Assembly: GCA_963733095.1 (NCBI GenBank)
Contig: CAVTBV010000003.1
Coordinates: 32,001-96,000 of the forward strand
DNA: 64,000 nt
Direction of reading: 5' to 3'
From: Candidatus Bathyarchaeota archaeon
GTDB lineage: Archaea > Thermoproteota > Bathyarchaeia > Bathyarchaeales > Bathycorpusculaceae
Under the pieces are notes generated by a model that worked only from the letters and a program-made list of their open reading frames with translations, was not told where the DNA came from and searched no databases. A program made the position numbers and the translations under genes. Below are positions 9,841-19,359 of the stretch, in pieces (position 1 is the first letter of the stretch; every line of letters starts with the position of its first letter).

Positions 9841-10653
9841 ATGATAGTCCTAACCCCTCTGAAAAAATTCACTTTCCCAGTAACCGCTGAATGCATAAAC
9901 CCAGACATATTCCAAGGCAAAGACTCCGCTGAAATAGCCAACCTCACGGTTTTTGAAGGCAACAAGTCAAGGAGGCTAAGCGACCTCTTTAAAATCAGAG
10001 AAGACAACGCAGAAGCGACTATAACCATAAACGGTGACGTAAGTAAAGTCCGCAAAATCGGCGCAGGCATGAAGACCGGCGAAATTGTTATCAACGGCAA
10101 CGTCGGCATGCACCTTGGTGAGAAGATGGCAGGCGGCAAAATAACTGTTAACGGTGATGCATGTCAATGGGCAGGCGCCTCGATGAAGAAAGGCTTGATC
10201 GAAATTCATGGAAACGCTGGCGACTATTTAGCTTCTCCTTACCGAGGAAGTACCGAAGGCATGAAGGGTGGCAAAATCATTGTTGACGGCGACGTGGGTA
10301 GTGATTCAGGCGCTTATCTGCATGGTGGGTTAATCAAGATAAAAGGCGACAACGTCGGTCAATTCTTAGGGTATCACATGAGCAATGGTACAATCCACGT
10401 TGAAAAGAACGCCACCACAAGAGCAGGTACAAACATGACTGGTGGAAAAATCATTATTTCAGGTCGCGTAGAAGAGGTTATGCCCAGCTTCACTATCGAC
10501 AGCGTAAAAACAAAAGTTAAGGTTGACGACACAGAGTCGGCAGCTGGTCCGTTTTACGTGTTCCTCGGCGACCTCGCAGAGAGAGGCACAGGAAAACTCT
10601 TTGTCTCAAAAGCTAACAATCCACACCTGAAAACATACGAAAAATACCTCTAA
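9841..10653 (+). CDS. fwdC: Formylmethanofuran dehydrogenase subunit C
   Basis: GXGXG beta-helix repeats (GAGMKTGEIVINGNVG, GMKGGKIIVDG); ends FLGDLAERG. Confidence 0.96.
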   Translation: MIVLTPLKKFTFPVTAECINPDIFQGKDSAEIANLTVFEGNKSRRLSDLFKIREDNAEATITINGDVSKVRKIGAGMKTGEIVINGNVGMHLGEKMAGGKITVNGDACQWAGASMKKGLIEIHGNAGDYLASPYRGSTEGMKGGKIIVDGDVGSDSGAYLHGGLIKIKGDNVGQFLGYHMSNGTIHVEKNATTRAGTNMTGGKIIISGRVEEVMPSFTIDSVKTKVKVDDTESAAGPFYVFLGDLAERGTGKLFVSKANNPHLKTYEKYL

Positions 10654-10655
10654 TT

Positions 10656-10850
10656 TCATTTTTGTTTATTTTGAAAGCTCTTTAAAACTTTTCTTCTATC
10701 CAAGTAGCTCATTAGTATCACTATAAGAAACGCTAGTAAGATTACCATTCCGATGGTTGAAATAATAGCGAGGTATATGTCGATGTATATTTTTAAAACT
10801 ATGTACCTGTAAAAATTGCTTGTTGCACCAAAAATAAAAAATGCTTCCAA
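10656..10850 (-). CDS. Small membrane protein
   Basis: Hydrophobic segments and basic C-terminus; short AT-rich ORF. Confidence 0.35.
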   Translation of the reverse strand: MEAFFIFGATSNFYRYIVLKIYIDIYLAIISTIGMVILLAFLIVILMSYLDRRKVLKSFQNKQK

Positions 10851-11101
10851 CGCTAAAAGTCCTATGACGGCTAAGTGGTCTTTATTTTTTTGGTTTAGTG
10901 GTGTTATTTTTTTTTGCTCCTCAGAGAACTGAGCCTTTAAGGGTAACTAGTTATTCTATTTAACTATTGTAACAGATATTTCTTAGCCCTTTGAATCAAT
11001 CCTTCAATTTCTAATCAATAAACAATTTTTGTATTTTCCAAGAAGCCGAATGCCTTATCAACAGCGCTGAGTTCAAAAACAATACTGTAGAGGACAAAGT
11101 T

Positions 11102-11887
11102 ATGCGTCAAGTTGACATTTTAAAAATTGATTTGTCCAATAGAAAAACCCAAAAAATAGTTGATTTCGTCGCAGAAGAAGTTCCACTTCAATTATTCGTT
11201 AACACAACTTTTTGGGCAACTATACTCTGCTCACCCACAAACCTGAAAGAACTCGCAGTCGGGCACCTGCTCTCTGAAGGCATCCTTAAATCTATTGACG
11301 AAATTGAGGATGTAATCCTAAAACAAAAAGAAAACACCTGCATTGTAAGGCTGAAAATAGACATTAACGTTGAGGATAGGGTTCAAATTTCCAGGCTTCA
11401 TGCGAGGGTTATTGCTTCAGCCTGCGGTAGCGGCTCACCCTACCAGTACAAAGGCAAGGTTCCCAACGTCGATTCAACTTTAACGGTTAAAGCGCAAGTA
11501 GTTTTTGAGAGCGTTAACCAGCTTAACTTTAAAGCCGAAGGATTCAGGCAAACGGGGGGCTTACATGTCGCTGCAATTTACAAGGGTGATGGGTCGTTGG
11601 TCTCGTTGGCTGAGGATGTTGGTAGGCACAACGCTGTGGACAAAGTGATTGGTATGGCGGCTTTAGGTAAGGTGGATTTTGGCAGGTGTTTTGTGGCTTT
11701 AAGCGGGCGCATTTCTGGTGATGTTGCTTTCAAGGCAGCTAAGGTCGGTTTACCCATAGTCGCTTCGTTGTCGGCTGCCCTTTCCTCAGGAATTAAAACA
11801 GCCGAAGAATCAAACGTTACTTTAGCTGGGTTTGTACGTGGAAAACGCCTAAACATCTACACTGTTCCCGAACGAATTATTATTTAA
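11102..11887 (+). CDS. fdhD: Sulfur carrier / formate dehydrogenase accessory protein FdhD
   Basis: SACG, TGGLHVAA, EDVGRHNAVDK, SGRIS, GFVRG. Confidence 0.95.
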   Translation: MRQVDILKIDLSNRKTQKIVDFVAEEVPLQLFVNTTFWATILCSPTNLKELAVGHLLSEGILKSIDEIEDVILKQKENTCIVRLKIDINVEDRVQISRLHARVIASACGSGSPYQYKGKVPNVDSTLTVKAQVVFESVNQLNFKAEGFRQTGGLHVAAIYKGDGSLVSLAEDVGRHNAVDKVIGMAALGKVDFGRCFVALSGRISGDVAFKAAKVGLPIVASLSAALSSGIKTAEESNVTLAGFVRGKRLNIYTVPERIII

Positions 11888-12935
11888 AGGCTAATTTCTC
11901 GACTTGCGATTCGCACCACGACTTATTTGCTAGTGCCCTTTCTGCCAACAAATAACAGCTGTTATCCTCATAGATTTTTGCTTCTAAACCGTAGTTCTTG
12001 GCAGCCTTTAAGAGAACTTTTTTGATTTTCTCGACCAATTGGTCCCTGCCGCATTTCTCAAGAGAACCACGCAGAGTTTTTGCTTCATACTCACGACTAA
12101 CCGCCGCCCAAAACGCAGCTGAATCTTCCCTCTCGAACCAAACAGCGCATTCCAAAAATTCCTTTGTTGCTCCCAAAAAATCGGATTTGTCTCGTTTCAA
12201 GGATGCTTCGCCAAGGCGCCGAATTTCCCCAACAGCTAAGTTCCCGAGGTTTAAGCGTATGTTTTCGACAAATCCGCCTTTTCCCTGACGGGGAATCAGC
12301 CGATTTAGGTCTTCTTGGCAATTTATGTTTATGAAACTTTCAAGTTTAGGATCTAAGGTTTTAATTTCGCCAAGAGGGGAAACAAGCAAAGTCTTTGACG
12401 CTCCCCGTATGATGTCGTCTGGGTGTGAGCGCTCAAGTTGGCAGAGGACAGTTGCGATTTCTAAGGCACTTTTTCGCTCTAGCACCATGAGGAGTGTTTC
12501 GAGTCTTCCGTTAGGCCACATTGGAACCGCAACTAATGAACTTTTGATTTGGCCAAAAAAGTATTCGGCGACTTTTGAGTTAAGTTTGGGTACATCACAT
12601 GGAACAGTAATGCAGTAGTCCGCATCGGTTGATTTTAGACCAGTTAGAATCGCGATTAAAGGTCCGCTTAGATTATTGACTTTCAAATCAGAAACTATTT
12701 TTGCCGTTTGAATCTGATATTTGCTTAGAACATCTTGATATTGGGATATTCTCGTTTGGTTTTCGTTAACTACAACAACTATTTCGTCAACGACATTTTG
12801 GATGTTTTGGCAAGCGTGGACTAATAGAGGTTTCTCATCAAGCATGGCAAGGGCCTTATCTTGCCAATTGTCCTGGGTGGTTTGGAATCTTTTGGCTTTG
12901 CCCCCTGCAAGAATGATTGCTGCCCGCTTTGTCAT
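11880..12935 (-). CDS. mobA: Molybdenum cofactor guanylyltransferase with extra C-terminal helical domain
   Basis: ILAGGKAKRF, DKAL, GPLIAI, VPCDVP, SFININ. Confidence 0.88.
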   Translation of the reverse strand: MTKRAAIILAGGKAKRFQTTQDNWQDKALAMLDEKPLLVHACQNIQNVVDEIVVVVNENQTRISQYQDVLSKYQIQTAKIVSDLKVNNLSGPLIAILTGLKSTDADYCITVPCDVPKLNSKVAEYFFGQIKSSLVAVPMWPNGRLETLLMVLERKSALEIATVLCQLERSHPDDIIRGASKTLLVSPLGEIKTLDPKLESFININCQEDLNRLIPRQGKGGFVENIRLNLGNLAVGEIRRLGEASLKRDKSDFLGATKEFLECAVWFEREDSAAFWAAVSREYEAKTLRGSLEKCGRDQLVEKIKKVLLKAAKNYGLEAKIYEDNSCYLLAERALANKSWCESQVEKLAFK

Positions 12936-12991
12936 TTAATTATCTTGATAGTAGAAATCAGGGCAGTTAATCTAATTTTCTTGGAGTTAGC

Positions 12992-13534
12992 TCACTTTTG
13001 CCTCGTGTTCAAATGAGATTTTACTATTTCCAGAAGTTTGGGTCCTTCATCAGGCAAGTCAATGAATGGTGTACTGTTGGAGGGTTGCTTAGTTTTTGCG
13101 ACTAAACCCGAAATTGCAAGAATCGGCGGAATGGACGCTTTTAGTGTTGTTTGGAGGTCTTCCCATGTTTTTGCCGTTATGATTTTTAGGATTTCTGGTC
13201 TTTTCGAAATTTCGCCTTTAAATCCTTCGATGAAGACAATATCCAACTGCTCGTTTTCCAGCTGTTTTATCACCTTGTCTAAATCGTTTAGAGCGGCATC
13301 AGTTTTTTTTATAATTGCTATTTCTTGAGGCGAGATAGCCACTGTTATCTTCGATCCAGCTTTGCTGAATCTCCAGGTGTTGGTTCCTTCTTTGTCGATG
13401 GTGAAGCCTTCTCGGTGGATGTGTTTTATTGCGCCGACTTCGTATCCTTCACTGCTAAGCTTAGAAATTAAGTATTCGAGCGTGGTCGTTTTTCCTGAAC
13501 CACTAATTCCAACGGCAGCAATTAATACAACCAT
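12992..13534 (-). CDS. mobB: Molybdopterin-guanine dinucleotide biosynthesis protein B
   Basis: GISGSGKTT, AIKH, DKEGTNTWR, IEGFK; start moved to ATG 13534. Confidence 0.92.
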   Translation of the reverse strand: MVVLIAAVGISGSGKTTTLEYLISKLSSEGYEVGAIKHIHREGFTIDKEGTNTWRFSKAGSKITVAISPQEIAIIKKTDAALNDLDKVIKQLENEQLDIVFIEGFKGEISKRPEILKIITAKTWEDLQTTLKASIPPILAISGLVAKTKQPSNSTPFIDLPDEGPKLLEIVKSHLNTRQK

Positions 13535-14166
13535 TTGGCAGTTTCCTCTTCTGGAAGACAATTTATTGGGCTTTAATAAACTCGGCGATTTAGCTCTCTG
13601 CATAATTTTCTCTACAACCCAAAAGAAAGCCCAAACTGGGGACTAATTCAGGTAATCAAAATTGAAAAGACCAAAAACCTAAGAAAACTCTATATGGTAA
13701 GACGTAAAAAACGTCCTGTTAAAACTTCTGAGGCTTTCTGGGAATTCTGCAAAAACGACAGATTCGAAGACGAAGCTATCTATTGCCCAACAGATTAACG
13801 TTTTTTAATAAATTTAGTTTGCTTTGATCTTATGGCTGAATTCAATTTAGGTTTAAATCTGAAAGTTGTTGCAACCGATCTGCAGAATGCAGTTGCAGCA
13901 ACAACAACAACTTCTATTGTTTGTCGTTGATATCGCTCGTTTTCAACTTTAAAGTTAACTGGATTTTGTATTAATTTGTCTTTGAAATATGCAACAAGGT
14001 CAATGTTCAAAATTCAATTGCGGCAGCAACTTCTTCTGTGCCCGTAGTTAATCCCACTCCGTTCAACAATTCAGGCAGTTAAGCACTTAGTTTAAGGAGT
14101 CTTTGAAAGAAGAAAAAAAACCCTTTTTCAAAAAAAACAGGCTATCCTATACTCTGCCGGTTTAGC

Positions 14167-14496
14167 CTATTCTGTGTCTTCTTCAAGTTTTACCCAGATT
14201 TTGCCAGACTCAATTTTCCAATCGTACTTTGTCAGCTTGAATCCGGGTCCATCCTCATATTCCCCTGTTTCTAAATCAAATCGCCAATCATGACATGGAC
14301 AAACAATAACCAACCCATCAAGCGTGCCGCCTGAGAAACCGCATGCCATGTGGGGGCAGCGATTATTGATGGTGAAGATTTTGCCCTGTTGTTTTATGAT
14401 CAAAACGGGTGTGCCTTCAACAGAGACAAGTTGCATTTTGCCTTCCTGTAATTCTTTTTCATCCAAAACCGGAATGTACTCTTCTGAATTTTCCAT
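14167..14496 (-). CDS. Rieske [2Fe-2S] ferredoxin
   Basis: CPH…CPCH Rieske motif, WRFDLETG. Confidence 0.92.
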   Translation of the reverse strand: MENSEEYIPVLDEKELQEGKMQLVSVEGTPVLIIKQQGKIFTINNRCPHMACGFSGGTLDGLVIVCPCHDWRFDLETGEYEDGPGFKLTKYDWKIESGKIWVKLEEDTE

Positions 14497-14624
14497 AAGT
14501 TATAACCACGAGAGTTTATTGATTAATTTGTTAAACAAAGATTAGAACTTAATCCTAAACTTTAGTTTATTTCGCTTTAAAGGCTAAGATATCTACAGGA
14601 GTAGGCATGCAATAATTTTCAAAT

Positions 14625-16256
14625 TTACTGGTTTCTGAACTTCAAGAACCAGACTGCGCCGCCAACCGCGGAAACTGCAACCAATCCAATGATGATGAAT
14701 AGTGAGTATTTTACGTAGATCGGCGGTTCTTTTACAGTTATCATAACCTGTCCACTATCAGCTCTCCAAGAAGTTGGAGTTTCAAGCGAAGATGCACTAA
14801 CAGCCCACATGCCCGATGAATCCGGTTTGTAGCTTCCTGTAAAATTACCGCTCTCACCTACTGTGCAGTTGACGGTTTGGGTAGAATTGCTGCTGAAAAA
14901 CTGCACTTCAACGTTTGAAGCATTCTCAGTTGGAGTAAGCTGTCCTGTGACAGTGATGTTTTCCCCGAGAACCATGGTATCTTTAACGGCTGTGATGTTT
15001 AGGGTTGGTTGTTGCTTGACGGTGTAATTGCCCGTTGCAGTTATATTGTTCTTTAAGACATCGTATGCGCATATTTGGTACTGCACCACTGAGCCTGCTG
15101 TTTGACCTGGAATCGTGGCATTGCATGTTTGGTTGCTGATTGCCATGTCAACATTGGTGGTGGTGTTCCAGTTGTTAGTAGTGTAGGAAAGTTGAGCGTT
15201 TTCCAGGCTGGCGTTGTTTGATTCGTAGGCGATTTCTGCTGGGATATTTGGCAGAATCTTTGTTTGTTTAACTAAGGATGTGAGAGAGGTGTTTCCAAAC
15301 TGGGTTTTAAGCATGAATTCGATGTTGCCTTGGCCTTTCTCACCGATTAGAACCAGATGGTAGAGTGTTGTTCCGTTAATGCTTGGTGCAGTGTAGTTTA
15401 GGAACATTGATTTTCCCATGTACTCGCAGCTTGCATATGCCACGCCTCGGTAGCCGTTGCTTACAAAGTTGTAGCCACCCACCGCGCCTGTTAGGTTCCC
15501 GTACAATCCCGATTCCAGGGGCAGTGGAAAAGAGTTTAGAGTTGGCGACTTGGCGTTATTCATCAAGTAAAGTCTAGCTTCATACATGTCCAGTGTTTGG
15601 GGAACTTTTACGTACAATTCAACATAGGATGCGTTTGTGGCGTACTCGTAGGCCCAGTTTGTGTAGAAGTTTGAATCGTTTCCGTTTGCACCTTCCATTG
15701 GGGTGGTGTACCATTTGTCGGTTTGTAGATTTTCGATTATCATAAATGTGGCTTGCTGTGCACTTTCGCTGTCGACTGGGTTGTTTTCTATTACAAATGA
15801 GTAGTTACCTGTTTGAGTCGGGGTGAAGAGCGCGTCATTCACGGTTGTGCCTAAGTGTTCTGGAAGGCCTGCGGCTTCGGTGTGTGTGCTCTCCAGGGTT
15901 CCTTGTTGGTTAAAGACTGATATGTCGTAGTCTGTTTTTGCCTGCGATGAGGTGTTTATGTATGCTCCGTAGAAGTAAACGTGGTAGTTATAGTTTGCTT
16001 GTAGCGGGCAAATAATTGTCCAGTTGCTGCCGATCTGTATTTGGGAATTGTTTATCATTACTGGGAATATTGGTTTTTCAATGTACGTATAGTTTCCTTG
16101 GTTAGAGTTTATGACTGTGTGCACGTAGGTGGTATATTCTGAAGTGGTGGTTAACTGCATAACGGCAGCTTGGGCTAAAAACATGGGGCATAGGATTAGC
16201 GCTAGGATTGTAATCAGTGATAGGATTTTTGTTGATGGGTGGGTTTTTTGTTGCAT
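14625..16256 (-). CDS. Secreted cell-surface protein with Ig-like domains and C-terminal TM anchor
   Basis: Signal peptide, N/T-rich beta domains with many N-x-S/T sequons, C-terminal hydrophobic helix + basic tail. Confidence 0.8.
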   Translation of the reverse strand: MQQKTHPSTKILSLITILALILCPMFLAQAAVMQLTTTSEYTTYVHTVINSNQGNYTYIEKPIFPVMINNSQIQIGSNWTIICPLQANYNYHVYFYGAYINTSSQAKTDYDISVFNQQGTLESTHTEAAGLPEHLGTTVNDALFTPTQTGNYSFVIENNPVDSESAQQATFMIIENLQTDKWYTTPMEGANGNDSNFYTNWAYEYATNASYVELYVKVPQTLDMYEARLYLMNNAKSPTLNSFPLPLESGLYGNLTGAVGGYNFVSNGYRGVAYASCEYMGKSMFLNYTAPSINGTTLYHLVLIGEKGQGNIEFMLKTQFGNTSLTSLVKQTKILPNIPAEIAYESNNASLENAQLSYTTNNWNTTTNVDMAISNQTCNATIPGQTAGSVVQYQICAYDVLKNNITATGNYTVKQQPTLNITAVKDTMVLGENITVTGQLTPTENASNVEVQFFSSNSTQTVNCTVGESGNFTGSYKPDSSGMWAVSASSLETPTSWRADSGQVMITVKEPPIYVKYSLFIIIGLVAVSAVGGAVWFLKFRNQ

Positions 16257-16608
16257 GGATTGCTCAGCTTGTAAGTGTTATTAGCTAAGTTGTTGCGTGC
16301 TTAACAATAATGGTTGTGAAGGCTGAATCTATATTTCCAAGAAGTCCCTAAAATTTGTGTGACTTTCCTTGTTTGGCAGGTTGATAGATGCAAACTTTGT
16401 CTGCTTAGCAGTTTTTTGTTTAGGGATTTTAGTTTTTGTAATTTTGGTTTTGGGGCTTTCTGGGTGTTTTGAGGATTTATTTTTTATTCAGATTTGGAGT
16501 TTGGTTTTGGTTTACGTATTTGGAAGCAATACAGGGTGTATTGAATCGTGCTACGGAAGACATTAATAAGGAATTGCGAGTCTTACTTGCTACAGGTGAA
16601 AATAAACA

Positions 16609-17175
16609 GTGATCAGACTATCAAAAAATCGCCTCGCACTAAGCACAGTAGTAACAACACTCATAATTCTAGTAGTATCGATACTCCTCGCGAGCGTCCT
16701 AACCTACTTTGCCGTAAACGTAGTCAGTACAAGAGTCCAAGAAGAAAGCCTACACGTTTCAAAGCAGCACATTTGGGTTGACGCCGACGGCGCCGCAACT
16801 GAAGCAGCCATAATGGTAACCAACAATGGAGGACGCGACGTAGTCATCAGTAAAATCTCTGTTCGCGGTCAAGCATCCGATTGGGGCAACGTTTTCTACG
16901 AAAATGCCGCAACAAGCGAAGATTTAACCCCCGATTTAGCATACGTAGCAACACCAGTCGCAGGAACAAGCAACCTTGGACTAACAGATACCGCACACCC
17001 CGCCACTACAAGTCTAATCTTGCCATCAGGCTCAACAATGGTCATATACATCAATAACCCCGACAGCATAGGCTTAACCGACATAGGTTTAACAGTGAGC
17101 ATAGGCGTCTACAGTGCCCAAGCAGTGTATTACAGCGAGACAAACATCCAAGCAGCCCCGGTACCAGTTGTTTAA
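16609..17175 (+). CDS. Archaeal type IV pilin, paralog 1
   Basis: Basic leader KNRLA then hydrophobic LSTVVTTLIILVVSILLASVLTYFA; NNGGRDV motif; AGGTGA RBS. Confidence 0.85.
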   Translation: MIRLSKNRLALSTVVTTLIILVVSILLASVLTYFAVNVVSTRVQEESLHVSKQHIWVDADGAATEAAIMVTNNGGRDVVISKISVRGQASDWGNVFYENAATSEDLTPDLAYVATPVAGTSNLGLTDTAHPATTSLILPSGSTMVIYINNPDSIGLTDIGLTVSIGVYSAQAVYYSETNIQAAPVPVV

Positions 17176-17226
17176 AATCTGACTCAGGTGCAATTTTTCT
17201 TTTATTTTTTTCCACATTTTTGCAGC

Positions 17227-17260
17227 GCGTAATTTTTCTTACGCACAAGACTACTTATCC
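17227..17260 (+). promoter_or_regulatory. Inverted repeat GCGTAA-N6-TTACGC and TTACGCACAA box upstream of pilin 2
   Basis: Same 10-mer and similar downstream sequence recur at 18000-18021. Confidence 0.45.
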
Positions 17261-17299
17261 AAAAAACGCACATTTCTGTTTCAAGGAGTTAAAAAATAA

Positions 17300-17875
17300 A
17301 TGAAAAACATACTAAGAAATCGTTTGGCTCTAAGCACAGTCGTAACAACACTGATAATCCTTGTCGTTTCAGTTCTGCTCGCAGGAGTCGTAACATACTT
17401 TGCAATCAACGTAACAAGCACCAGAGTTCAAGAAGAAAGCCTCTCGCTCACAAGTCAGCATATCTGGGTTAACACAGACGGCTCAGCAGTTGGCGCAATG
17501 ATGATAACTAACACTGGCGGACGCGACGTAGTCATTAGCAAGATAACAGTCCGTGGGCAAACATGCGACTGGGCAAACGTATTCAGTCTCGCAGCTGCAA
17601 CTACTGATGCTGGCTTAACCGCAGATCTGCCATCTATCAATACAGCCGACGTAAAAGACACTGGCGTTGTCGCAGATTTTGCAGCGCCTCTAGCAGCAAG
17701 CTCAGGTAGCCTAGTGTTAGCTTCTGGCTCAACTATGGTTATATACGTAAACAGCCCTGACAGCGTTACTCTCAACGACATCGGTTTAACAGTTGCCTTC
17801 ACCGTCTTCACATCACAAGCGATGTACTACAAAGAGACAAACGTTCAAGCAACAACAGTGGCAGCAGCAACTTAA
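17300..17875 (+). CDS. Archaeal type IV pilin, paralog 2 (likely major pilin)
   Basis: Clear paralog of 16609; strong RBS AAGGAG; own terminator. Confidence 0.87.
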   Translation: MKNILRNRLALSTVVTTLIILVVSVLLAGVVTYFAINVTSTRVQEESLSLTSQHIWVNTDGSAVGAMMITNTGGRDVVISKITVRGQTCDWANVFSLAAATTDAGLTADLPSINTADVKDTGVVADFAAPLAASSGSLVLASGSTMVIYVNSPDSVTLNDIGLTVAFTVFTSQAMYYKETNVQATTVAAAT

Positions 17876-17879
17876 GTTT

Positions 17880-17926
17880 AGGTTAAAATTAACCTGAAAA
17901 CCCCCCACACTTCTTTTCTCTTTTTA
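17880..17926 (+). terminator. Hairpin AGGTTAA-aa-TTAACCT plus pyrimidine/T tract after pilin 2
   Basis: Perfect 7-bp inverted repeat followed by CTTCTTTTCTCTTTTT. Confidence 0.55.
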
Positions 17927-17999
17927 TAAAAACTTTTACGAAATACATTAGTTAATTTGTAGTTATGGTCATTTTTAGCAAAATAATATGTCAATTGTT

Positions 18000-18021
18000 T
18001 TACGCACAAACAACTTAATCC
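18000..18021 (+). promoter_or_regulatory. Second TTACGCACAA box upstream of the pilus assembly operon
   Basis: Identical 10-mer to 17239-17248 at a similar distance from the start codon. Confidence 0.45.
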
Positions 18022-18068
18022 TATTTCCAACTACTCTCCAATAAAATGCTTCATACGAGAGAATGTAA

Positions 18069-18908
18069 TTGACAGTAGCCTCGCTTAAACGTTCATTTAG
18101 AAGGTTCATTCATTCCAAAGCCGCCTTAGCACTGCCAGTTACCTTTATCATTCTCTTTGTTACAACCCTTGCAATAATCTCTTTCACCTACGCCTTCTCA
18201 GTCGAAAGAGTCAACTCCCAAGGCCAAACACTCAAAGTTTCCACAGCCAAACAAAACCTCCTATCACTAGATGACGCGGTTCTTTCAACTCTTTGGCAGC
18301 CAGGTTCCTCAAGCACCTTTGACTTGGCAGATTCAGGTGGAACAACAAACATCCAACCCACCAGCAACGTCTTAACCATCAGCATCCAAGACAACCCAGA
18401 AATACAAGAAACAATCTACAACGCGTCGATCGGCAAAGTCACATATGAATTGCCCTATTCAAGTTCATCAGATTTAGGACTCTACCTTAAAGGCGACAGC
18501 CGAACAATAACCAACCAAAGCGGCTCATCAACAAGCCAACTGTGCATACAAAACGGCGTCGAGCACCAAGAAATCCAGCTGAGTTACCGTCCAAGTGTAA
18601 CGTCGTCCGTTGCAGGATTAGAAAACGGCAAACTCGTCAACAACATCCGCATCTACATAGTTAACTTGAACTCCTCAGACAGCATAACATTGCCCGGGGA
18701 GCTTCCTCTTCAAATTTCCTGCACAAACACACAGCTAATTGCACAAAATTACGAGACTACCTCCTCGTCTGGACAATTAGCGATAAATTCAGTTTTAGAC
18801 GGCTCATCAGGTAGCATTTCAATTCCAATTTCAAGTTCACCCGAAGGTGCTTTTATCCACATAGAAACCGTTGTTTCAGATGTTTCAATTCAAAGGTGGA
18901 TCAGATAG
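18069..18908 (+). CDS. Pilin-like protein with class III-type signal peptide
   Basis: Basic leader KRSFRRFIHSKAA, hydrophobic helix, then S/T-rich beta domain. Confidence 0.75.
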   Translation: MTVASLKRSFRRFIHSKAALALPVTFIILFVTTLAIISFTYAFSVERVNSQGQTLKVSTAKQNLLSLDDAVLSTLWQPGSSSTFDLADSGGTTNIQPTSNVLTISIQDNPEIQETIYNASIGKVTYELPYSSSSDLGLYLKGDSRTITNQSGSSTSQLCIQNGVEHQEIQLSYRPSVTSSVAGLENGKLVNNIRIYIVNLNSSDSITLPGELPLQISCTNTQLIAQNYETTSSSGQLAINSVLDGSSGSISIPISSSPEGAFIHIETVVSDVSIQRWIR

Positions 18909-19352
18909 ATGCCGACAATAATTCCGGGTTACGTATATTCATTGTTTGCTGCCCTCCTAGTTGGAGCCATCGTGGTTTACAGTTGCAGCTTTGAAACTTT
19001 AAACATAAAAAATCAAGCTACCAACCAACAGCTAAAAAACATCGATGATTATGTGGCGGCGCAAAGTCTGGTGCTCCTCTCTCATACCATCCAAGAGAAC
19101 CAAAACACAACTCAGTCTCTTGATATTCCTTCACAGGTTGGCAATCAAATATTCTGGATACAAATATCAAACGATTCGTCTGGGGCATGGGTTGAGTCGG
19201 GGTTTGGAACAACCGTCACCTCAAGTGCACTGCACACAGCTATTCCGGCTTCCGTTCTGGCGTCGGGCATCTTTATCAGCGGTTCAGGCAGGGCTGAACT
19301 TCAATGCCACTTTGAAAACCAAACAGCAACTTTAACGTTAACAAGCGAGTGA
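18909..19352 (+). CDS. Minor pilin-like protein
   Basis: N-terminal hydrophobic helix; abuts the previous gene within the pilus operon. Confidence 0.7.
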   Translation: MPTIIPGYVYSLFAALLVGAIVVYSCSFETLNIKNQATNQQLKNIDDYVAAQSLVLLSHTIQENQNTTQSLDIPSQVGNQIFWIQISNDSSGAWVESGFGTTVTSSALHTAIPASVLASGIFISGSGRAELQCHFENQTATLTLTSE

Positions 19353-19359
19353 TAACAAC

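Noticed and set aside
9483-10139. 218-aa antisense ORF over fwdA/fwdC, and similar shadows such as 32548-33093 and 58733-59128
   Set aside because: Antisense shadows of well-supported genes, with no motifs of their own
13694-14100. Short ORF MVRRKKRP…FC…IYCP and GCAACAACAACAAC microrepeat
   Set aside because: Only 34 codons with an incomplete zinc-ribbon pattern; likely decayed sequence that cannot be supported
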